DNA from: the human T2T-CHM13v2.0 reference genome, Homo sapiens | NCBI RefSeq assembly: GCF_009914755.1 | Contig: NC_060940.1 | DNA length: 64,000 nucleotides | Direction: 5' to 3' (one strand) | Shown: one piece after another, positions 42,408 to 52,026 of the stretch | Numbering within the stretch: the stretch's first letter is position 1 | How the letters are laid out: each line of letters opens with the position of its first letter | Position numbers and translations under genes: made by a program | Notes under the pieces: generated by a model | What the model was told of the DNA's origin: nothing | The model's database searches: none | The model's input: the letters and a program-made list of their open reading frames with translations, nothing else

Positions 42408-42707
42408 TTCAGGGGTCCCTGAAGTCCCCTCCTTTTCCAGAATACCTAATGATTATTCCAGCCCCTAATTAAAGAAACACCAAATAAAATTAGAAACCCA
42501 AACTCTGTTTGCGTGACTCGTTCTCACGAGCATGCACCCACTTCTCTCTTAAGTGCGGACTTTTGCTTTCCAATAAAAGCTTCTTGCATTTCACTTCATT
42601 CTGACTCACCTGTGAATTCTTTCTTGTGATGATGTCAAGAATCTGGGGACCGGCTGTGGCTGGGGTCTCGTTGGCATCCAGAAACCCTCCTGAGCCCTCT
42701 TGTGACA
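42408..42707 (+). mobile_element. Partial ERV1-type LTR
   Basis: caataaaagcttcttgc...tgaattctttctt...gtcaagaa pattern, ending tgtgaca; family uncertain. Confidence 0.55.
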
Positions 42708-42815
42708 CCAGGATTTGCCGACAGAGCAAATGTGAGGAGAGGCATCAGAATTTCTCTAAGACTTCTGAGCTGAGCAACCATCTAGAAGGTTGGAGCTGCT
42801 TTATTTGGTGGGGAA

Positions 42816-43400
42816 TGTTAGGGAAACCAGCCCCACACCACCCAGTAGGTACCCTGAGTCTGGTGGAGACATAGGAGTTAGAAAGAGACAGAATAAGCAT
42901 TTAAAAGGCGGGTTCAGGGGACCAGAATATCGGAGGCTTGCTCACGGCCCAGAGCTCTTGAGCTCTGCCAAATTTACTGGTTTACAAGCTCTTTGTTCTT
43001 AGGGCAGATGGGAGGGGGAGGAAGGGATGAGGAAAAGGATTAATCAGTGAAGGAGAACTCGTGAGTCATTCCATAAGATGTGTAGCAGTGGCGGTTTCTG
43101 TGAATTTCCTTGAGCAAAGGCGTGTGTCTAAACTACTTAAGATCTTTAGCTTATCAGGACTGAAATGGGTGGGAGCGGGTTTAAGGAGGAGCCAAGATGT
43201 TTGATTATACTCCACTGCTTCAAGGGAGTGTTGTCTCCCTGAGCAACCTGTGGAATGCTGCTGAGTGGTTATGCTCTTGGGGCATAAAGACATGAAAGCA
43301 ATAAGGAGACTTTTCTCCCCAGAGGCTGCCCATGGCTTCCCATGGGTGTCTCACACAGGGGAGACCAACTCAACTGGCACCCCAGAAACACTTTCCCACA
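42816..43400 (-). repeat. 3' LTR (LTR14C-like), 585 bp
   Basis: TG...CA termini; about 92% identical to the 5' LTR by hand count. Confidence 0.93.
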
Positions 43401-43420
43401 TGTTCCCCTTTTTTGCCTCT
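43401..43420 (-). other. Polypurine tract
   Basis: Minus strand AGAGGCAAAAAAGGGGAACA directly before the 3' LTR. Confidence 0.85.
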
Positions 43421-43454
43421 ATTGATTTTTTTTTATTAATAACTGCCATTGCTA

Positions 43455-45433
43455 TTATGGCTCATTCATGGTGTCTGGTTTCTCTCCCAAGGCACCATCT
43501 GCATCTGTAGACTAAAAACAAGCAACATAAACAGACACAAACCAAAATAAAATTTGCAATTGTTGATCCACCTATGGTTTCAATCCACTTTAAAGGATTG
43601 GTATTAGAAAGGCCATCAGAGGCTCCAGCAAGAATATCAGCTCCAGGCAATAGGGTGAGATGAGCCTGAGATGCCTCAAAAACTTGTTTTTTCAGTTTAG
43701 CAATATCTAATGTTAAATTATCTTTTTTTCCTTGTAGGTGACGTCTAATCGTCTCTCACTGGTGTTCAATGGCATTATAAGAGCTAGGAGTAAAACAAAA
43801 ATCGGAAGTATTCCAGTCACATTGTTTTTGAATTCTATGCTCCAAGCTCATAATCCAATCTCCCATCCAAATTACTGTTTGACAGAGATCATTAATTTGA
43901 TTTGCCAATTTTTGACCTATTTGGCTTTGGGAATTCCAAAGCTTAGAAGAATTTTTCTGCCAACTATCCACAAAGCCCGCTGTTTGAATAGAAGAGTGCA
44001 AAGCAACACCAGCAGCAGCAGCAGTAGCTGTGACAGCTATAAGGCCCATGATCACAGCTATTAAAGTAAATATGAATCTCTTTGATCTATTAAGTATTCC
44101 TTTTAGTACTTCCGTGATAATATGTATGGAGGGAGAGGCCTCCCAAGGTCTATTGAGGGAAACAGTTATTCAAACTCCTTGGGCCCTAACCGGTAAAATG
44201 CTATTATCTTTATTAAAGGTAGAATTAATGCAGGTAAAAAGATGACAGTTGAGGCATGATATGGTTTGAGAGTCAGTTAGGATATTAATTTTTCCCACTG
44301 CCAACATAAAAGGAGGTTTAACAAAACTCTGCAATGGGAATGTCTGATTAGAGGTTCATGGCTACGACAAATCAAAGTTTTTTTTACTAAGGGTCTTTGT
44401 TTTATATTCTCCTTTCCAAATCCGAATTGGGGTTTGAGCCATCATTAATTTCCACAATTCTAGATGTTCTGGACTTATAATTGGATCAATCATTTTTGGG
44501 CTTGAAAGAGCCATACCGTTCTCCTCCCACTTAATAGGTTAATTTGTTTTAATTCTTCTATATAATTTTGGTGCATTATCTGGGTAGTTGTTTGCAAAAG
44601 GAGTCTCTCTACCATCTTCGCACTGTCCAGTACAATTTACTGCAAAGCGTCCCATAGGGGCCCAATCAATGACGATTCCATAGGAATTACTTTGCAGTAC
44701 AGCAGTGCTGTTTGCAATACAATCTTCCCAGGTTAGCACCTCTAGCTTTCCAGACCATTTAGTGGCCTTCCTAGGGCAGGGCTTCTTATTAGGTTTATAT
44801 TTATTAATCTGGCGATGTGTCATAACATAGCCGTGCTCAAGGTATTTAATAGTGTCCAAAGATTGAAATGTTCTTCCACTGATTGCATGAATAGGGGCTT
44901 TTGATCCATTATTTGCAGGGACACAAGTCATCCAACTTTGTTTATCATAATTTAAACATCCTGCTGCCGGCCCCAGGCAGATGGAAGGAAAGTGATAACC
45001 AATGGAAACATTCATTAACATTCCTTCCTCCTCTGGATGAGTAGGGCCTCGGTTATCTATTGGTCCAGGCATCCAGATACTATCATTAACATGGGGTCTA
45101 ACCATGTAACAGGCCTAATCAGTGGTGGGAATGGAATGTAGGCCCAGTAAGTGTAATTTTGATCTGCCTCAGCTATGGGGAGACTCACTGCAGGGAGATT
45201 ACCACCATCATAGCTACCATTAGATTACTGGTGGTCAGCAGCTTGTTCAGAGACCTCAGGTTCTCTTCTGCAATGTGAGCTAGGCTCTTCACCTGCCCCC
45301 AGGTCAGTGGAGTTGCTTGGCGAGTTTTACTGGTTTCCATCTGCTCAACAGAGATGTTCATCTGAGCCATCTGATGAACTGGGGGTGCAGGGATGTTCCG
45401 AGGTCTTTTCCTCTTCCTTGGATTCTGGCTCAT
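43455..45433 (-). pseudogene. rec: Rec-like spliced accessory gene (coding exon 45433-45189; exon 43511-43455), with a 1-nt frameshift at the end of the first coding exon
   Basis: RKRKRPR and WGQVKSLAHIA motifs, GTGAGT donor, TTTTTAG acceptor, 18-codon exon [18 protein letters not shown]; position and length match HML-2 rec. Confidence 0.6.
43462..45433 (-). pseudogene. env: env (signal peptide, SU, TM), with frameshifts and stops
   Basis: [29 protein letters not shown], furin site RSKR (44077-88) then [17 protein letters not shown] fusion peptide, [11 protein letters not shown] anchor [15 protein letters not shown]. Confidence 0.92.
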
Positions 45434-47975
45434 GGCACAGCTTAAGATGTCTTGTGGGCACCCAGACAGGAAGCTGATTCTCTTCTGGTGAGATACAAGA
45501 AAACCCTTGACCCCATGTAATGATTTTGCCCTTTTCCCAGGTTTTGGTTCTGATGTCCTTCCACCACACATGTTTTCCTTCATAAGCATTTATTTTTTGC
45601 CTTGTCAAATGCTGCTCTGCTGCCATTGTAACGTGATCTCTAGACAAATTCAGAAAATGTGAAGTGATAAGAGCCAATTGTAGCTGCATATAAGGAGTAG
45701 CGTATTCTCTGGTTTCCCCCTCTGTCTTTTGTTTTTGTAATTGAGATTTTAAGGTTCGATTAGCCTGTTCAACAGTGGCTTGACCTTGAGAATTATAGGG
45801 TATTCCAGTACTGTGCTCGATGTTCCACTGTTAAAGGAACGCCTGTAAAGATTTACTATAGTAGCCTGGGCCATTGTTTGTTTTAATCTTTTGTGGGATG
45901 CCCATGGCAGCGAAACAGGGAAGTAATGTCTTAATATGAGCAGCCGCCTCGCCTGTTTGGCAAGTTGCCCATACAAAATGAGAAAAGGTATCTATAGTAA
46001 CATGGACGTATGAAAGTTTCCCGAACAAAGGTACATGGGTTAGGTCCTTTTGCAACAACATATTGGGGGTTAATCCCTGTGGGTTAACACCAGTCCTTTC
46101 ACGTGGCAGTTGTACTACCTGGCACTGAGGGCAATGTTGCACAATGCCCTTTGCCTGTCTCCAAGTAATTTGTTATTTTTGTTTAAGTCCTGCTGCATTA
46201 ACGTGTTAGGGAGTGAAAATCTTGGACATTAGTAAGCACAGTGGAAATTAATAAATCAGCTTGATCATTAGCCCTTACAAGGGGCCCAGGAAGATTAGTG
46301 TGTGCTCAAATGTGTGTAATATAGAAAGGAAAACGGTGATCATGCACTGCCTTTTGTAAAGAAGAAAACAGCTGATAGAGTTGTTCATCCACCAGATATT
46401 TAATGAGTGCAGTTTCTATGTGTTGAGTGGCTTGAACAACATAAGCTGAATCAAAGACAATATTTACAGGTTGCTTAAAGTTTTCGAACACGCCTATAAC
46501 TGCCTGTAATTCAGCCTTCTGTGCCGATTGAAAGTCAGTTTGAATAATTGTGTTTTTAGGTCGTACGTAAGCTGCTTTTCCATTACTAGAGCCATCTGTA
46601 AACACAGTCACTGCTCCTTCCAATGGAGCATTACGGGTAATTTTTGGAAGGACCCATGTTAGCTTTAAAAACTGAAAAATTTTGTTTTTTGGATAATGAT
46701 TGTCAAGAACTCCAATGAAGCCAGCTAAATTTATTTGCCAATTGACCGAATTAACAAAGGCTTGCCAAATCTGATTTTATTCATTGGAATTATAATCTTA
46801 TCTGGATCTGAGCCACAAAGTTTAACAATTCTAAGGCAAGCTTGCTCAATCAAGATTGCCATCTGATCCAAGTATACTGTGAGTGTTCTAACAGTATTGT
46901 GAGGCAGAAAAGACCATTCAACTAAGTCCTCACTCTGAGCTATAACCCCTGTAGGAGAATGGAGAGTAGGGAACACAATGAACTGTAATGGTAAACTTGA
47001 CTCTATTCTATTAACCTGGGCCTGTTGTATTTTTTCTTCAATTATTTGTAATTCTTTGTCAGCCTCAGGAGTCAGTTATCATTTACTATTGAGAGCAGGG
47101 TCTCCTCTTAAAATAGAGAACAGATTAGACATAACATGGTAGGGATTCCCAAAGTAGGTCAAATTCAACTGATATCCCCTAATAATTTTTGAAAATCATT
47201 TAGTTTTCAGAGAGTCTTTTCGAATTTGAACCTTTTGGGGTTTAATTGCCCTTTCCTGAACCTGCATTTCCAAATATTGGAAAGGAGTGGCCGTTTGAAT
47301 TTTATCTGGTGCTATGAGCAATCCAGCATTGGCTAGCACCTCCTGTAAATATGAATAACACTGGATAAGTTGGTCTCGATTTTCAGCCGCACACAATATG
47401 TCATCCATATAATGAATGACATATGAATCGGGAAACTGATCTCTCACAGGTTGAACATCCTTCCCCGCAAAAGTTTGACAAATAGTAGGACTATTCAACA
47501 TACCCTGCGGCAAGACTTTCCAATGATATCTGGCTGCTGGTTCCTTGTTGTTCATAGCAGGAATAGTAAAAGTAAATTTCTCAAAATTGGACTCTGCTAG
47601 AGGAATATTAAAAAAGCAATCCTTCAAATCTATAATTATTAATGGCCAGTCTCTAGGAATCATGGTGGGCGATGGAAGCCCTGGCTGCAGGGCCCCCATC
47701 AGCTGGATGACTGCATTGACCGCTCGTAAGTCGGTTAGCATGAACCATCTGCTGGATTTTTTCTTTATTACAAACACTAGCGAATTCCATGGAGGAAATG
47801 TGGGCTCAATGTTTCCTTTGTTTAATTGCTCTTTGACTAATTCCTGTAAGGCCCCCAATTTTTCCTGAGAAAGTGGCCCCTGCTCAACCCAAACAGGATT
47901 TTGGGTCTTCCATTTTAAGGGAATAGAACTTGGAGACTCAACAGTGACCAGCCCTAAAAATGGTAACCTAATCCT
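45345..47975 (-). pseudogene. pol: pol (RT, RNase H, integrase), disrupted
   Basis: RT ORF 47196-47858 with LPQG and YMDD; RNase H VFTDGSS/SAQKAEL (46306-46623); integrase [28 protein letters not shown]. Confidence 0.95.
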
Positions 47976-48920
47976 TTTCAGTCATTTTTTACAGTAACTT
48001 GTATGGGTTCAATAATGCCAGCCCCCTGTCTTCCTAGGCCTTTTCTGGGAACATAGCCCATGTTTGACATTATTTTTTGACTAGCTTGACCAAACTGGGG
48101 AGAAGGGATTGAAATTTCTGTGCCCCATTGCTGAAGCAGATCTCTCCCCCATAAGTTATCAAGAATGGGCATAATTAGAGGTTGTAGTGTGCCTTCCTGT
48201 TCTTCTGGACCAAGACATGGTAAGATAAAAGTACTTTGGAAAACTTCTGAAGCAATTCTGACCCCAACAAGACCTACTGGGGCCTTTTGTTTGGGCCAGT
48301 TTTTTGGCCATTGATAAAGAGCTATGATCGACACGTCTGCTTCTGTGTCCACCAGACCCTCAAATTGTTTTCCTTGAATAGTAACCATACAAATAGGTCT
48401 ATTGTCAGAGACTTGATGTACCCAATAGGTAGCATTGCCTGCTGAATTTGTGTTCCAAATCCTCCTGTTCTTTTTTCTGAGCTTTCTCCTAACTTAACAT
48501 ATGGTAAAAGCAACAGTTGAGCTATTCTGTCACCTTGATTAGCACTCCAGGGAACAGTGGAGGAGATAACAATTTGAATTTCTCCCTGGCAATCAGAGTC
48601 CACTACTCCAGTATGTACTTGAATTCCCTTTAAGTTTAAGCTGGACCTTCCCAGTATAAGTCCCACCGTGCCATTTCACAATGGGCCATAAACTTCCACT
48701 GGGACCTTCCTAGGAGGCTCCCCAGGAAGGAGGGATATGGCTTCGGTACAGCATAAATCTACTGCCCCACTTTTAGCTGTGGAGGGGGACAATTCCTGTA
48801 CATTCATACAGGGATAGACTGGGCTGAGGACACTCCGTTTGGAGTTGGGGACATCCCATCCTGAATTGGGAATGCCCCATTTTGAATCGGGGCCCAGGGC
48901 TGGCCCTTCTGTCCGTTTCC
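47954..48920 (-). pseudogene. pro: pro (dUTPase + aspartic protease + G-patch), disrupted
   Basis: dUTPase motifs SGAVDL, GRSS, GVVDSD, DRIAQL, RTGGFG; protease LVDTEAD (DTG mutated) and WGRDLL; G-patch KIMSNMGYVPRKGLG. Confidence 0.93.
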
Positions 48921-50630
48921 TGGCAAGTTCTGTCTGTCTGCTGTCATCAAACTTTGAATGACATTGATTAGCACAGTCTTTTCCTTTTTTACTTCTAGGA
49001 AAGGTACTTGGTTCCCTGCTTTTTCCTCCTGAGTTTTGCCTTTTTTGGCTCTTTGTACACTCTCTTTTTGTATGTCCTATCTGTCCACAATTATAGCAAG
49101 ATCCAGGGCACACTCATATGTTTTTTGTTACCCTTAGTCCAGCCATTCCTTGAGCAAGGAGGCTGGCCTTATATAAGTGCCCGCCAATGCCATCACAGGC
49201 TTTAATGTATACTCTTAAAGTTTTTTCCTCATTTAGATCTGCCTTTCCCTTAATAGGTCTAATTGCTGCCTGACATTCTGTATTAACATTTTCATAAGCA
49301 AGTAGCTGGACGATCACTTTCCTGGCATGAGAATCCAAAATAGCCTTTTGAGCCACATCTTGCAAATGAATGATAAAATCTGGATAAGGCTCCCTTCGAC
49401 CCTGTCAAACTGAGTTAAAAGAAGGATAAGTAGTACCAGGGTAGTGAATTTTTTCCCAGGCTCTTAGGCATATAGTTCTGAGCTGATCAACAGCCTCATC
49501 ACCCATTACCATCTGTTGATTTAGAGTACCCCATGCCTGTCCACTTCCAAGCAATTGATCAGATGTGATATTAATGAAAGTTTGGGCTTGAGCATTTCTG
49601 CATGCCTGATTTATTGCTTCATCCATCCACCAGGTTTTAAATTGGAGAAATTGAGAGGGGGCAGGGTGGATCAGGCTAATGTCTCCCAATCCATAGGTAT
49701 TAAATGCTGGTTATAAGCCACAGATTGTAACAAGGAATGAACATAAGGAGAATTTGGCCCATATTGTCCAACTGCTTGCTTTAAGTCTTTTAATATTTTA
49801 AAAGGAAATGGCTCCCAGCACGCTTGAGCATGTTCTCCAGGCTCCTCAGCTGGCGAAATAATTACCAGAAACTGCCAAGCATCCAAATCCCCCATTTCTC
49901 ATGCCTGGCAAATGGATGCCTGGATTATCCCTGCGCCATAATATGTATTTGGGCCGGTTCACAGCATTCCTCTACCATAATTAACAGGTGGACCAACCTG
50001 GATCATTCCCTCACTGTAATTGGCTGTTGGGCAAGACTGAAGCTTCCCTTTGCCATAGTTAATGGTGGGGCGTGCAACAATGGGAGTGGCAAGCTGCGTC
50101 TCAGGCTCTCGTTACAAAAATTCATAAGGCTGAGGCAGGGGTGGCCGTTCCGGACCTTCCCCTAAAGGCGCAGTAGGTGGCACTGTTTCTTCAGTAGGTG
50201 GAACTGTTTCTTTCATAAGTTTTTGGAGGTTAGCCCATGTAGCTTCCTGTTTCTCCCCCTTTTTTAAACTAGACTGTGATGGTTCACTTTGCTGATCATC
50301 AGACTCATGATTATTAAACTTTTGTATGTCATCCTGAAACTCCTCCTCCTCAGTGTAGAAGGGCTCCAGTGCTGTTTTAATTGCTGGCCACACAGACCAA
50401 GTGGAGAAGGAAATATCGTAACCCTCTTGTTTTGCTCCTTGTAAGTCTGATCCGACCTTGTCCCAATCTTTTACATTCATGGTTCCATATCCTGGGAACA
50501 AAGGAGAATACTTTTCTATGAGATGGAACAAAGATGTGAGATTTTGGGTACTCACAATTACCCCGCTGTGGCACAATAACTGCTGCACCAGGCTTAAGTA
50601 ATTTGCAAACTTACTTTCAGCCTGACCCAT
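48759..50630 (-). pseudogene. gag: gag (MA, p15, CA, NC), disrupted after codon 172
   Basis: MGQAES start, PTAP, GQYGPNSPY, QFLQFKTWW, MHR QGRREPYPDF, zinc knuckle CYNCGQIGHTKREC. Confidence 0.93.
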
Positions 50631-50668
50631 ATTTTCCTGAGGTTACCCTGGAATTCTCCGAGCACCCT

Positions 50669-50677
50669 ACTTACCCG
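50669..50677 (-). other. Major retroviral splice donor
   Basis: Minus strand CGG|GTAAGT upstream of the gag ATG. Confidence 0.75.
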
Positions 50678-50780
50678 TAGAGCCTGAAGTGAAAACGTAC
50701 TCGGGCAACCTTTGTCAGTCGTCCTCCACTTTCCACGCTCTGGCGTTTCTTCACTGGATTATTTGTAGAGATTATGGGGA

Positions 50781-50798
50781 GCCCCACGTTGGGTGCCA
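50781..50798 (-). other. Primer binding site, tRNA-Lys(CUU)
   Basis: TGGCACCCAACGTGGGGC, one mismatch to TGGCGCCCAACGTGGGGC, 2 nt from the LTR. Confidence 0.9.
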
Positions 50799-50800
50799 GA

Positions 50801-51387
50801 TGTTGGGGAAACCAGCCCCACACCACCCAGTGGGTACCCCAAGTCTGACAGACACAAAGGAGTTAGAAAGAGACAGAATAAGCATTTAAAAGGCGGGTTC
50901 AGGGGACCAGAGCATCAGAGGCTTGCTCACGGCCCAGAGCTCTTGGGCTTCACGCAATTTATTGGCTTACAAGCTCTTTGTTCTTAGGGCAGATGGGAGG
51001 GGGAGGAAGGGATGAGGAAAAGGATTAATCAGTGAAGGAGAACTCGTGAGTCATTCGATAAGATGTGTAGCAGTGGTGGTTTCTGTGAATTTCCTTGAGC
51101 AAAGATGTGTGTCTAAACTACTTAAGATCTTTAACTTACCAGGACTGAAACAGGTGGAAGTGGGTTTCAGGAGGAGCCAAGATGTTTGATTATACTCCAT
51201 TGCTTCAAGGGAGTGTAATCTCCCTGACCAACCTGTGGAATGCCGCTGAGTGGTTATGCTCCCAGGGCATAAAGACATGAAGGCAATAAGGAGACTTTTC
51301 TCCTTAGAGGCTGCCCATGGCTTCCCATGGGTGTCTCACACAGAGAAGACCAACTCAACTGGCAACCCAGAAACTCTCTTTCCCACA
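50801..51387 (-). repeat. 5' LTR (LTR14C-like), 587 bp
   Basis: TGTGGGAAAGAGAG...CCCCAACA on the minus strand, adjacent to the PBS. Confidence 0.93.
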
Positions 51388-51420
51388 GGGAAATTGTGGA
51401 AGAGCAGGTTAGAAGAGTAA

Positions 51421-51634
<214 letters not shown>

Positions 51635-52026
51635 TGAGGAATTTTTTTTTGAGAGATGGGGTCTACCTAATGTTGCCCGGGCTGGACTTGAACTACTGGG
51701 CTCGAGCAACCTTCCCCTGCCTCAGCCTCCCAAAGTGCTGGGATTACAGGAGTGAGCTATTGCCCCAGACTCTGAGATTCACCCTACTTTTGAGTGGGGT
51801 GATGAATTCTGATCCTGCAAGATCACATTGAAAAGGATATGTTTAAAGGGATGGGAGGACTTTGTGATAGCATGTAAAATGGTCAGCACAGTTATTACAC
51901 GGAACTAAATTTCTTTTTATTTAACAAGCACTTACACACTTTTATGTGTGGCAGGCACTATAGGTATAACTCTTTATATAAGCTACTCATTAAATCCCCA
52001 TTAAAGCCCAAAATGATAGGTCCTAT

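Larger units (their letters stand above)
42816..51387 (-). mobile_element. Full-length HERV-K (HML-9 / HERVK14C-LTR14C-like) provirus, 8,572 bp
   Basis: Two ~586-bp LTRs, TSD GGGAA (42811-15, 51388-92), Lys PBS, PPT, and gag-pro-pol-env homology; the flanks rejoin into an L2 fragment. Confidence 0.95.

Noticed and set aside
47196-47858. Open 220-aa RT segment as a functional polymerase
   Set aside because: Flanked by frameshifts and stops; protease DTG and integrase motifs are mutated, so the provirus is not replication-competent.
50779-50798. tRNA-Lys-like sequence on the + strand (also 56747-56764)
   Set aside because: Only the 3' 18-20 nt next to an LTR: a primer binding site, not a tRNA gene.
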